Source: Octopus sinensis | Taxonomy: Eukaryota | DNA length: 64,000 nucleotides | NCBI RefSeq assembly: GCF_006345805.1 | Contig: NC_043013.1 | Coordinates: 56,730,001 to 56,794,000, forward strand | Reading direction: 5' to 3' | Part shown: piece after piece, positions 44,155 to 57,639 of the stretch | Layout: each line of letters opens with the position of its first letter | Numbering within the stretch: the stretch's first letter is position 1 | The notes under the pieces: model-generated | What the model was told of the DNA's origin: nothing | Databases searched by the model: none | The model's input: only the letters and a program-made list of their open reading frames with translations | Program-made: the position numbers and the translations under genes

Positions 44155-45417
44155 TATTGTATTGTAATATCACAGACCGCAGCAATTATCATCACAATAT
44201 CACAAGTCATAATAGATGTAATCATAAGTCCTAAAATACTGTAGGTGTGTGTGAGAGAGAGATAGAAAGAGAATGGGAGAGAAGGAAGAGAGGGAGAGAG
44301 AGCTGTGTGTATGTGAGTGTGCTTGTGTATACTTGTGTGAGATCATAGAGTCCTAGACTATTATTCTGACTAATGGCTACTGTTTTGTTTGAGACTGAAA
44401 CCAAAGTAACAAGCAATAAAATATCCTGCGAATACTGTATTTTTTGCCTGGTGAAAATGAAGAATAAGAAAGAAGTTATATGGCCAAATTCTGAACCACA
44501 ATGATCCAGAATCTCAAATTCTTCAAGCTAGGGAAGCATCGAAAATCCCACCCTTGACTGTCAACAACAAGGGACCACTGATGTCAGTTTTCTAAAAGAT
44601 GTGATGTAACCAGCAGCAAGGTAACAGTTAATTGTCATCTCAAAGAAGATATCAACAAATACAATCTTGAAATAATCTCCAAGGGAGATTTTGTCAAATG
44701 AAACTCAGCCAGACGCATTATTCTAAAATGAATTTGACAAATGTTTGAAGAATAATAAATGTGAAGAACGTATCTATCGTATGATTATACTGAAGAGTGG
44801 ACTGTAATGACTAGACAATTATCTGTTACTGCCTCACAGCAGCACCAACAGCAGCAGCACCACCACCACCAGCAGAAATTTATTAATGAAGAAGTGCGGA
44901 CATATTGCAACAGTTTGGTTCATTTTTGTTGAAATAGAGAAAATGTGCCAAAATATGATAAGATATTATCATAACTAACTGTCTGTTAGTTTGGCATTGA
45001 GACTTAAATATTTGGAAGAAAGAGAAAGTGTGAGTGATTGTGTGTGTGTGTGTGAAAGAGAGAAAGAGAAAGGAGAAAGGGAAAGAGAGAGAGAGAGAAA
45101 GAAAGGAGAAAAAAGATGTAGCAATATTCATGCCTTTCCTCAAAGTGTTAAAATCGAAAGCTGGAAATTATTCTCTCCAACAAACACAAATTTCATTTCT
45201 TATGTTTGGTTTAATTGTTACTAATGACACTCTCAGCTCCGTTTCCCTTGTAATAATGTGTGTGTTGTGTATATTTGTGTATCATCACACACACACACAT
45301 GCATATATATATATATATATATATATACACAGGGTGTTCCACAATTAACTATATTTCAGTGAAATCGGGCAATTTTTAAAAACTCACTTTTATTTGCGTT
45401 TAATATGTGTTAAAAGT

Positions 45418-45818
45418 ACATTATTTACATTATTTACATTTGATGGATATTTGTCCTCATCTTGTTTTGGCTGATATACCCTCTAGCCTCCATTAGATGT
45501 CTTGGAGAAATTTTGAACCTGAGTTCTCATTCCTAAGATATTTTTCAATGTTATCATTACTATCATTATTATTATTATTATTCAGGTCACTGCTTGGAAT
45601 CAAACTCCGAATCTTAGGGTTAATAGCTTGCACTCTTAACCACTACGCCATATGCTCGTAGGCATATGGTATATTGGTTAAGAGCGCAGGATACTAACCC
45701 TAGGATTCTGAGTTTGATTCCAAGCAGTGACCTGAATAATGATAATAATAATAATAATAATAGTAATGATAACATTGAAAAATATGTCGGAAATGAGAAC
45801 CCAGGTTCGAAATTTCCC
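45418..45818. mobile_element. Solo copy of the tRNA-headed PLE 3' repeat with head-to-head foldback
   Basis: 45418-45660 matches ~36830-37010; ~45505-45657 is inverted at 45660-45818; centre TGCTC-GT-AGGCA. Confidence 0.8.
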
Positions 45819-46948
45819 TACTTTTTCTTTCCTTACATTCTTGGATTTTTATTTGTACTTTCAGGAACTTTGGTTGTAAAATTGCGAGTTCGGTTGTGTC
45901 TGTCACCTTATCAAAGTTTCCATTGATATAGGAAGAACTGTCTAATTTTACAACAGCTAATAAAGTATTTTTATCTTATATTGTCCACATTTTGCCATCT
46001 ATATTTGCTGTATAAATGCTTGAAACTTACTAAATTCCCACAATATATAGTTGTTAATTGATTGGAGGTAAAACTGGATTGTATAGTAGTTTAGATATAC
46101 AAAGCACATTAGTTTGTGAAACCCAATGCGAATTTAAAACTGGAACTTAATCTTTTTGGGATTATGTTTCTGAAATACACTGATTTGGTTTTTGCTAAAT
46201 TTCAATTGACTTATGAAAAATAATAAAGAATATACAATAACTTTCTCATATTTAAACAGATATTAAAAATATGAATTACTTTGAAATTTTGCTGAAGGCT
46301 TTAATTTAAATTAGTTTAATGAAAAAGCTTGTATTAAAATACCAGGAGCAACCTGTGGTGTGTTGGTATCATAAAAGTGAAAAGTAATTTTAGTTGAATG
46401 CTGCAGGGAAATATTTATGGGGAGAAGGGTTTGTGAAAGAAGAATGTTGGAGGAATTACTTGTATAAAGGTATCACTTCCTACTTACATATTTGAGAATC
46501 CGTGGATGGAGAATTCTCAATAGAATTTTTAGTGAGACATTATGACAGTGTTAATATAGAGAGAAGGAAATTGCAAATTTTCTAGATTCCAACTTAGGAG
46601 ATACACAAAATAAACAAAAGAGAATGATTTATGACTTAAAGCCTTCAGACCAAATATGGCCTCTCAATAGAACTGAAAACATAAAGAAAAACAAAATAGA
46701 TTTCAGTATGCAAAGTTAATCACACACACACACACACACATGCACGTGTGCTATGTATGTGTCTGCATGTGTATCTTCATATGTATGTATACATACACAA
46801 ACACACTCGTATAATAAAAATACTTTCATATCTAAAATATAAATATTTAACATGCTTTATAAATTTGTAGCTTTCATATGATGCTTTTACACACATACAC
46901 ACAAACCCTTGTATCTCTATTCTATCTACAACATTCAGATATGTTTAT

Positions 46949-46982
<34 letters not shown>

Positions 46983-47802
46983 ATATCTCTATGTATTCTA
47001 TATAAAACTCTGATATAATTCAAGATTTAGTTTATGGCTGCTTTTGCATATATTAGATTGTTAAAAGATTATCAGGGTAAAATTCACATAAACCCATCTC
47101 TTCATATTCTTTATTCTTGTTTCTGTGTGTATAATGTATCTAAACACATATTTGTGCCCAGGAAGAATATATTTACTCTAGAGGAAAAAATAGCTGAGTA
47201 GTTGTGGTGCATCAAAAAATCCTCCTCCACCCTATCTAAACAGGGGTATGATTATATCTATTATATTCGTGTGCAGATATTTCCCTTAATCCTATTAAAC
47301 AGTGTGACATTTACACAAAATTAAATAATGAAATATTTCAGTGTGGTAGTTAATGGCATTAAAATTTGACAAATTCAACAGCTTTGCTTAATTGTTTATC
47401 TGTTTACATTAACTCCTTTAAAATTGCATTAGACGGGATTCAGCATCTGTTGTAAGTAAATGCATTTAGGAATTAATAACTCTGGTCAATATTTTGCACA
47501 CACTGACAAAACGGGAGATTTTAAATAAAGTAAATGATGGTGTAGAAAAGAAGCAGATAACCTAAGAACAGCTTCCAAAAGTTTAAATGCTAATGTTATT
47601 CCATTCAGGACTCAGTACACTCCCCACTTTTTCCCCAACACACGATGCTGTAGAGGAGTCTTTCAGAGCAGTCTTTAAAGCAATTTGGGGTTGTGTCCTC
47701 TGTCTAAACTTGTGATGTATTTTCTTTTAAATCCAAATTTGAAGAAGCATTATAAAAGCAATTTTCTTTATTTCATATAATTTCCTTTATATATGTATAT
47801 AT

Positions 47803-48150
47803 ATTTGTTTCGGTCATTAGACTGTGGCCATGCTGGGGCACCACCTTGAAGAATTTTAGTTGAACAAATTGACCTTCTTTTTAAGCCTGCTACTAATTCT
47901 ATGTTTTCTTTTACCAGCTTGCTTAGTTGTGGGGATGTAAAAAGACCATCACCAGTTGTCAAGTGGTAATGGGGGACAAACACACACACACACATATACA
48001 TGACAGGGCTTCTTTCAGTTTCTGTATAGCAAATTAACTCAAAAAGCTTTGATCCTTCTGAGACTACAGCAGAAGATACTTGCCCAAGGTGCAACACAGT
48101 GGGACTGAACCTGGAACCATGTGGTTGGGAAGCAAACTTCTTTTTACATA
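47803..48150 (-). mobile_element. tRNA-derived SINE (family B)
   Basis: Minus-strand head with GGTTCAGTCCC B-box, internal (TG)n, 3' part CAGCATGGCCACAGTC; partial copy at 63085-63290. Confidence 0.75.
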
Positions 48151-48259
48151 TCCATATTCATATATGGTCCCATAGATTCTTTTTTGCATTCAGTTCAGAA
48201 GATAATGGGGTCCGTTTACCCAACAGAGTCACAGCATCAGCTCTAAGCCAGTCTTTCAC

Positions 48260-48768
48260 ACATTTTACAAAATGGCAGGGTGCTGCAATAGAAAGGAATT
48301 ATATGTGATTGCATGAATAAGCAATGTTTAGAGTTTGTAGTTTCATCCTGAGAATTATGGGATCTTGTGGGGAATTCCCCATAAAAACTTACTGCACTAT
48401 TAAAGCAACAAGACCAAATATGATTAAAGGGGACAAAATAAACTATGTAAGATCAGAGACTTTGCAATTCCCTATTGTAACAGAGTTGATGGTGAAAAAA
48501 TTTGAGAATTCTCAGAATCTATCTTGGTTGCTGACAAGACTGTGGATGACGAAGACCATAATTATTCCTGTTGTAATTGGTAAACCTGACACAACACCCA
48601 ACATTTTACCTAAAAGACTGAAAGGAATTGGAATGGAGGCCTGTGTGGTGACTCACAGAAAAATACTCTCTGATATTCTGCAAGAACCCTAAGGATGATT
48701 CTTAGATTTGAGTAGAATTGTGGTCACTCAAAGTAACATTCCTGCTAATCAAATTAGCATGGATTAGC

Positions 48769-48821
<53 letters not shown>
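48260..48821 (+). mobile_element. Old 3' fragment of a Dong/R4-like LINE with (AAT)n tail
   Basis: IKATRPN..., RLW..IIIPVVIG...PKRLKGIG parallel the RLE of the 28.7-29.7 kb ORF; (AAT)n at 48771-48821. Confidence 0.65.
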
Positions 48822-48822
<1 letters not shown>

Positions 48823-49764
48823 GCCCTGATGCAGTACCAGGTAGTGGCTCTCATGGCTTCTTATCTTAACAAATTGGAAGTGTCCTCATGTACATTGTTT
48901 TGTCTTGGCATAAAAGATGGGTTACACCAAATATTCTGCTCAATACCACAGATTTGCTTGTCAGTTGTTTGACCTTAACCAGTTCAGCATGTCAATTAGT
49001 GGTTGATGATATGTGCATCTCTGATCACGAGCAGAAGTAGTGGAGGGGCATCATAGCCACGTGTTGAGAGGGATTCTTTGGGGTTTGAATAATTCATCAC
49101 CCTTAGACAACTGTGAATGCTTGTGTGTGTGTGTGTGTGTAATGGAAGTGTGATGGTGAACATTCAATGCTGAAAAGAAAAATCAAACAGTGTTACAACT
49201 CTGTATGAGTATATGTGTGTATGTGTGTGTGCGCGTACAAGAGAAGAATGTGAATGTGTGCATGAACCAGAATTCTTTTAGTAACAAGCGATGACCGATG
49301 TCACATCACAAATTACAACCACCAGACAACATTGACGAGTGTATTAATGTGAATTGCCATCCATATTCTATCTGTTTTGTTATAAATAATTATTACAATC
49401 ATACACACCTACACAAAAACATAGAAACTCATTAGACAAAATAGCGACGATAATAAGATGGGATCATATCAAATTTGTCACACCTTCATTTATACAAAAT
49501 TGGCTGAGTTCCTGGTGAAAAGAAAGTAATTCTATCATCAATATCGTTGTCGTCTTCATCATCATCATCATCATTCCTATCATCATCACCATTATCATTC
49601 CTATCATCATCTCATCGTGATCATGTTTGTGGACATTTTTTTCATTATTGTTGTTGTTGCTGTTGTCATCATCATCATCATTATGGGTTTGTCTTCTCTC
49701 AATTTTGTTTCCATTTCTTGTTGAGTGTCTTCCCACCACCTAGGACGAATAAATTCACTGTATA

Positions 49765-49827
<63 letters not shown>

Positions 49828-52024
49828 TATTATTTATATTATTCATATGTCTTTATTTCCTTACCTGTAACTGAAATTAGGTTCTGCAAAATCTTGTAAG
49901 ACCTTCCATTGTTGATGGATATTTACGAACACAAAAGCAGAAAGATGTACTACAATAAAATTACTTGTGAACTTAATTTGTCAAAAGCCACAGGGGAAGA
50001 CCGAACAAGAAGGTGAAGGACTTTTACAAAGGTTATTTATTTGTACGGTTGACAGTTATATTGTGAATCTCTTTTGAAACGATGGCACCAAACAGGAATG
50101 CATACACAGCGAAGTCTTTTAAAAAGCCATTTTAACTGGAAGGGTTTTTGAAATAAACTTAATAAATGACAGTTAAACAATGACAATCTTTCTGCAGAAA
50201 TTTCCTTTTCATCTAATGATTCCACCCGATTCTTATATTGATGTTTCCAAAACCATTTTCTCTATTTTGTTTGAATAATTTCTTGCTTCTTTCTTCTTTT
50301 TTATTTTTTGTGTTTTGACTTTTCTTTGGTTGTTCTTTTTATTATTATTCAAGGAGGGAAATGGCAAGCAAGTGATAGAGGGACCAGAGAATTAAACTAA
50401 AAGGTGATTCATGACGTTCAGGTATGTTTCTTTACGTCCCAAGTTCAAATTCTGCTGAGGTCAACATTAGCTTTTTATCCTTTCAGGGTTGATAAAAGAA
50501 GTACCAGTCCTTCCTTAAAAAATTTGAAACCATTTTTAAAAGGAGCAAAACAGAGGCAGTGAAATAGCTTCAATTCTTGGACAAAGCCATTTTGTTCATT
50601 AATAAGCACAGAGAAGACAGAATCCTGGCACATTTTCTTAGAATTCTCTTTAATGTTTTGTCTACATTTTTAATTCCAAACAAAATTGTCTATGGGGATA
50701 CACTTCTAAAAAACAATTAGACGTCCTGCTTCAAATTTTCACCTGCAGAATGAAACTAAAATATGAAAAGATCAACAACACCTGTGAAGAGCAGAAATTT
50801 AAATTAGAGTGAAATTTAATCTTTCACATTTCCTAAAATTACAGATTTACATCATTCCACAACATTCCACAATACTTCCAACACACCAATGACAACAGCA
50901 TCTTAACAACACCAACCGTTCCACAAACATCCTGTGAGTAGAGACCCAGGCACCACTCACTAAAGCAGGGTTCCTCCCTCTTGTTAGATTTTTCACATGT
51001 CCATCTCATGTCAGAATGGAAAGAGAATGTGAAATGCTGCTGATGAGCATGATGATGAAGATGGAATGTAATCTGAGAGATTTAGCAGCTATTTCTAGCA
51101 TTTTCTGTTATTCTTACATTGGTTCCAAATTTAAATTGGATAAAAAATAAAAAGTAATTAAAAATCATTATAAAAGATCATTATTTTGAAATTGCAAATC
51201 AAATTATGGGTTTTGGGGATGAGAGATTGTTGTTGTTGTAATTAGAGGGAGGAACAATGTAAGAGAGATGGAATGGAATAATGGAAAGTTGATCCCTCAC
51301 TAAATTTGAATTTAAAAAATAGAGTTTGGGTGGTGAGAATCGGGGTGGTAGTAGGTGTTGTAAAGTGTTTAGTTTAATGCTCTAATGATCCTGCCAATTT
51401 GTGGTATTGTGAAATGAAGGATCATTTCACAAGAAATCAATGTTTGGGCAATTAACCTCTCACCATGTGCTTTTAATATTACCATAATATTTTAATAAGT
51501 GACCATGTAGGAGATGAGGGTAGAATTACTTGTGCTGTGGGCAAGATTTTCTCATTGTCTTGCAACGTTTAATTACATGCCTTTAGAGTTCCGAGTTCAC
51601 ATCTTGTCAATGTTGATTTTGCCTTCAAACATTCCAAGACTGATAGAAAAAGTACCAGGCATATAATGGGGTCTATTTCACAACTGCTTCCTCCATCAAC
51701 ATTGATATCCTTTAATTTCTTTTGTTAATAGAAAGCATTTGATTAATCACTGATTGGAAAATGAGAATTGGTGATGCTAATAATTTTCTGGAAGTTGAAG
51801 GACATGTCATTGTTTCGAAACAGATGATGGTTTGCAACTGTAAGGGTTTCTAGCCATAGAAAATCTGCCTCAAAGCATTCATCTGACCCATGCATGCAAG
51901 AACAAGTGGACATTGAAAGGAAAACGATGTTTAAAGATTTGTTATGATGTATTGCTTCAATGCTACGCTGGACTATAAAACAAATCTATAGATTTTAGCA
52001 AACACTGTATGTATAGACAAATCT

Positions 52025-52178
52025 CATCATTATCATCATCATCGTTTAACATCTGCTTTCCCTGCTAGCATGGGTTGGACGATTTGACTGAGGCCTGGCG
52101 AACCAGATGGCTGCACCAGGTTTCAATCTTGATCTGGCAGAGTTTCTACAGCTGGATGCCCTTCCTAACGCCAACGCC
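52025..52178 (-). mobile_element. RTE 3'-tail copy
   Basis: Reverse complement of GGCGTTAGGAAGGGCATCCAGC...CCAACCCATGCTAGCA...(GAT)n. Confidence 0.85.
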
Positions 52179-52719
52179 AATATAAATGCATTATCTTTGT
52201 ATTGAACACTTTTTTGGACAAACAAAATAAAACGTCAGTATTTTGACAGCAGGACTTCTGATGTATCTTCTAACTGCTGCAAACTGGCAAAGCAGGACAT
52301 GTGTTCACCAAGTGGCACTGTGATAGCATGACTTGTGAAGCATCTATTTACTGCTATTACATGTATTGGACTTATGACATGGCCTGTGACAGCAGCGACA
52401 TATGGTATCATAAATTTTTATATGACATTTCGTATACAAGAAAGAATGTTTTTCTGTTTTTGCTTTTGCTTTTTCAACAGAAGCAAACCAAACCACTTGG
52501 TGGCATTCTCTTGAACAATGATGAGGTGAGATGCTGGATGCATCATCCATCCTTATAAACTCTGCATGAAACTTCACTCAGACAAGACATCAAAGAGGTG
52601 GCTACCTTCATCTTAAGTAGTTTAATTCCTCAAAGCCTTTCAAATGCCACAGGTTGAAGACTATAACTTATCTGCAAGTAGAGAACTTTGTAACTTGCTC
52701 TGGTCATTCATAAACACAG

Positions 52720-52965
52720 CTTTGTGGTTTGGGCATTTGGCATGTGAATGTAAGATCATGAGTTCAATTCCTGGCAGTATGTTGTGTTCTTGAGCAAGAC
52801 CCTTTATTTCTCATTTCACCAATCCACTCATCCGGTAAAAAGGAGTTGTACCTGTAATTCACTGGGCCAGTCCTGTCGCAGTCTGTGTCATGCTGAATCT
52901 CCTTGAGAACTACGTTAAGGGTATGCATGTCTATGGAGTATTCAGCCAGTTGCACATTAATTTCC
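52720..52965 (+). mobile_element. SINE family C
   Basis: B-box GAGTTCAATTCC, core TGTGTTCTTGAGCAAGAC. Confidence 0.6.
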
Positions 52966-53799
52966 CCAATGGAGAACCAGGCAGCCACCACCTTTCTGGA
53001 CAGTTTTTAGAATATGCAAGAAGGCAAAACTGTCATTTTGTATCAAATTCCATGTAAGGCTTTTCACCTGAAACTAGGATAGAATTAGTAGAAGTCTAAC
53101 AGACTTCTTACCATCGTCTCTGGATGATTCTACAGGCAATATTTAACAGAGATTAGATGTTAATCTATATTATTGAATCATGATTTTATGAGTACAGAAA
53201 CTGGACTTCACCATCAAATTATCTTCATTAATGTCCAACAAATAAAGAATTCATTAGTGTGGCTTATAGAATAATCACAATGGTGATATTATCAAGCGCA
53301 AAAATGTCGTGAATGTTGGCATTATGTTCTAAATAATCTTGAGATTGTCTGTTACTAACAGAAATATTATTTTACCACTTGTTAAAAGATATTGATCAGT
53401 CTTTGGAAATGATAATTTTTTTTTGTCTTTTTGTTGATATTTCTATTTTTTATTTATCTTTTCATTCGTCTTTCGTTGAACAACTGAATGTTGTTGGAAA
53501 TAACGAGTTTAATTCTTAACAAATGAGGCTGCATAATTTCATTGTGTCTAAGAATTGAAATAATGATTCTAAAAATGAAGTCCATTGCAAAACAACATTT
53601 AATATTCAAGATGAAAAAAAAACAAAAAGCAAAAAGAAATGTTGAAATATAACAATATATAGAAGAAAAAGGAGGAGGAGGAAAAAAAACAACAAATAAT
53701 AGGGAGAAACAATAGAAAAAATTATCAGCAATAAAGCAACTTTAAATTTGAATATTTCTTTTACACTTCTTCTACAATTACAACAATGAGTTGCTCATA

Positions 53800-53835
53800 T
53801 AATTATTATTGTTGTTGTTGTCGTTATTTTAACAT

Positions 53836-53866
<31 letters not shown>

Positions 53867-53967
53867 CACCACTGTTGCTTCTGCTGCTACTACTACTACT
53901 ACTACTACAACTACCACCACCACCACAACCACCACCACCACCACCACCACCACTACCACTGCTGCTT

Positions 53968-53998
<31 letters not shown>

Positions 53999-54460
53999 TA
54001 CTGCTACTACTACTACTATGACTACCACCACCACCACCACCACCACCACCACTGTTGCTGCTTCTGCTGCTGCTGCTGCTGCTACTGCTACTGCTACTAC
54101 TACTACTACTACTATGACTACCACCACCACCACCACCACCACCACCACTGTTGCTGCTGCTGCTGCTGCTGCTGCTACTGCTACTACTACTACTACTACT
54201 ATGACTACCACCACACCACCACCACCACCACCACTGTTGCTGCTTCTGCTGCTGCTGCTACTACTACTACTACTACTACTAATACTACTAATTATCATTG
54301 TTTCATTGTTATTACCATATTTTGTTATTTATTTTGTATTATATTATTATCATTATTGTAATTATTATTTATCATTTATTATTATTGTTGTTTTTATAAC
54401 TTATGTATATTATTATTATTATTATTATTATTATTGTTGTTGTTGTCGTTATTTTAACAT

Positions 54461-54491
<31 letters not shown>

Positions 54492-54592
54492 CACCACCAC
54501 TGTTGCTTCTGCTGCTACTACTACTACTACTACTACAACTACCACCACCACCACAACCACCACCACCACCACCACCACTACCACTGCTGCTT

Positions 54593-54623
<31 letters not shown>

Positions 54624-54856
54624 TGCTACTGCTACTACTACTACTACTACTATGACTACCACCACCACCACCACCACCACCACCACTGTTGCTGCTTCTG
54701 CTGCTGCTGCTACTACTACTACTACTACTACTAATACTACTAATTATCATTGTTTCATTGTTATTACCATATTTTGTTATTTATTTTGTATTATATTATT
54801 ATCATTATTGTAATTATTATTTATCATTTATTATTATTGTTGTTTTTATAACTTAT

Positions 54857-54888
<32 letters not shown>

Positions 54889-54900
54889 GTTGTTGTTATT
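53800..54900. repeat. Higher-order compound trinucleotide repeat, duplicated in tandem
   Basis: (TAC)n(CAC)n(TGC)n blocks; unique anchors recur at 53821/54446 and 54281/54733. Confidence 0.9.
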
Positions 54901-56759
54901 ATTAATAATAATTGGAGGGTTGTTTTTATTCATTTTGTTTTTTTTATACTACATAAGGATGAAATATTTCATCAATACGACAAGTGTAAAAATTAAAATC
55001 TACTTCATTTTTAAAAGTGTATAAATGCATTGAAATGAAACAAAAATAATGAAGGACAAAGAAAGAAAGAAAGAAAGAGTGGAAGAAAGGAAGAAGGAAA
55101 GAACATAAGACAGATCAACGGATGAAAAAATAAATAAATAAATAAATAAATGAAAGAGTGAATTGCTTAAAGCTTTAAAGAGAAATTCTATAATGGAAGA
55201 AAAACAACTTGGTAAAAGAAAAAACAAAAGATATAAAAAAAGTAAGGAGAAAGAAGGGAATTTTTAAAGAGCAAGGAACAATGAATTCCTATCGGGAAGG
55301 TGGTATTAATCGTTTAAGATCATATTATGTTGATAGCATTACTAAAAATATATTGATCATTTTCATATTTTACTACTTAAAATTTCTTTTTTCCTCCCAT
55401 TTTTGCTATTTATTTATTATATATATTTCTATAAGTTTTTTCGAATGGCGATAATGGTAAAACCAGATTTTCTTTTTTACTTCCTCATTTGTTTGTTTTT
55501 TTCATCTGTAGACTCAAAAGCAGGGTTAGACTGATTGATGCCAAGGCAATATGGTTATAGAGGAATGGGTGTGGTTCATGTAATAAGGTATCCAGCTATT
55601 ATAAAGCCTTGACAATATCTATAACTATACACACACACTCACATCCACACACATACACACACATGTATATACATAAGTGTATATAAGGATAAAACCTGCC
55701 GCTATTCCCTTTAATTTTTGATGGAATATTTTTCTATAGTTCTGTAAAATATTTATGGGATTAGGTCAAAAGAAGGAACTTATCAAACATTCGTTTGTCG
55801 TAAATAGAAGAGCCTCTAAGACTTCAAACCTATTTTGTATTTGGTGCTGCAAGGAAAAATTGATATGGTTTAGGTCACCCTACAGATGAATAAATATAAA
55901 AGTGTCTTTGTAGACTTTTTGTATTGTTTTATTTAAAAGTAATTTTTTTTTTGTATTCCTAGTTTGACATTGCAGAATGGATTTTATCGATGTGAGGTTT
56001 TGAGTGAATATAGGATAGTGAACTACCAACTCAGAGGTCTTCCTGATGTTTTATTGTGGATATACACTTAATTTTACATTATTCACTGAGAGGAAGTGTG
56101 GTGGATCGATAACTGATTAATGATTTAATCAAAAGAAGGGGAACAGCTCAAATTACTCCTTTCAGGTATTCTGAGCAATGTGTTAGAAAGTATGGGGGGA
56201 AGTTATCCTCATGGTTGACCCAAAAAAGCATGGGGAGAAGTTACCCCCATGGTTGACCCAATCCAAATACTTACCATAAAGTGGACTCTGCTACAGGCAG
56301 TCAAGAGATGGGTTTTGGTGTTTAATCCAGCAACAGATTAAGAGCAAGAATGATTGTTTTTCTGCAGATTTTACTCATTACCTATCAACCAAATTTTATT
56401 GACAGTAATTTATTGAACCTAAGGCTGTGGTAGGAAACAGGTACCCAGGGTACGATCAGTGAAATTTAACAAGGCACTCTGAGTGTGATCCAATATAAAA
56501 AAACAAATTTGTGAAGTAAACTCCTTAAACATGCAGCTATCACTATGACCAGATATTTAGGAGTGTTGTTTGGAATTGTCTAGCAAACTAGACAGGTGCA
56601 AATTTCACTTTTATCCACTTCATACATAGGAACAAATCTATAAAAGCCCTTAATTCTGTCTGGACTTGTTAGAATGAATCAGATTATCCTGTAATTTTAT
56701 GAATTGATGCCAGTTCTTAAAAGATATCTTACCTGATATGCAAGACTTTTTTGAAGAAT

Positions 56760-57140
56760 TCTTCAAGATGAATGGATTACCATAAGCAGTTGTTTATAAA
56801 AGGTACGACTATGCCCTGCATCACCCCTCACACAAATCAGAAGTGACATTTCACTCACAAACAACATAGCAAGATGAAGGCTACAGTTCACTGGATACCA
56901 TTGCAGGCACGGTTTGACAAAACCCCACAGGGAAGCCATTATTTGGCAGCTGACCAATAGCAGAGGGATGACTGATGTTTGTCCTGAAATCACGATTGAG
57001 ATCAGGACAGAAGCACAACTGTTGAAGAAATCAGAGTGAGTGTGCAAGCTTCAGGCCATAGAAGATGCAATGTTGATGAAGATGATGGTGATGATGAGAA
57101 AGATGATGATGATGAAGATGATGACAACGATGTTGATGAT
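56760..57140 (+). mobile_element. Highly degraded RTE-like 3' end with (GAT)n tail
   Basis: IAR*RLQFTG-like and IIWQ-like peptides followed by a (GAT)n run. Confidence 0.4.
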
Positions 57141-57193
57141 GGCTCAGATACCTCTAGTTCTACATTAATTCTTTGTCTTTTCTTTTTGTTTCG

Positions 57194-57312
57194 TACATGA
57201 GGGGGTTCTGAAAAGTTGCTGATTTTGAGTAAAAGAAAATATAGAAGGATCAGTTAATTTATGAGTTTATCCAAAATATTGCCCTATCAGATTCGTACAC
57301 TTATTATAGCTT
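57194..57312 (-). mobile_element. Mariner 3'-terminal fragment
   Basis: Minus strand YNKCTNLIGQYFG* (mariner C-terminal KC...G.Y motif) followed by TIR-like AACTTTTCAGAACCCCCTCA. Confidence 0.55.
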
Positions 57313-57639
57313 TATGATGCTTCAATGTTCCAATGTATTCTATCAAGAAAAACCTCATTTCCACGTTAATCCAAAACACAGTAAGTTTTAGAATTCCTTT
57401 CACCCCCAATCCTTCCACCACATCTGCATCCTACTCGATTGATGTGTATATCTTAATTTCTAATACTAGAAGAGACATTAGTGTCATATCCGTCCATGCA
57501 AGCGTTTATGTGTGCATATATGTATGTATATAGATACACACACATATATACATGCATATATGTATGTATATGTATATACACGCACACTCACACACACATG
57601 CACGCACAAACACACACACGCACACACACACATATATAG

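Noticed and set aside
45661-45735. Functional tRNA gene
   Set aside because: Acceptor stem does not pair properly, no terminator, and it is embedded in a repeat; treated as a tRNA-derived head
46147-46381. Second piggyBac-like MITE
   Set aside because: Termini too degraded to demonstrate TIRs from this window alone
49860-49990. Minus-strand CAG|GTAAG donor with a short open frame (..QQWKVLQDFAEPNFSY)
   Set aside because: Could be a host exon, but there is no recognisable homology or partner exon; needs RNA-seq
53786-55024. His/Cys-rich or mucin-like ORFs
   Set aside because: Pure trinucleotide repeats open in several frames on both strands; no splice or domain evidence
56192-56261. ~38 bp direct duplication
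   Set aside because: Two copies only; ordinary local duplication
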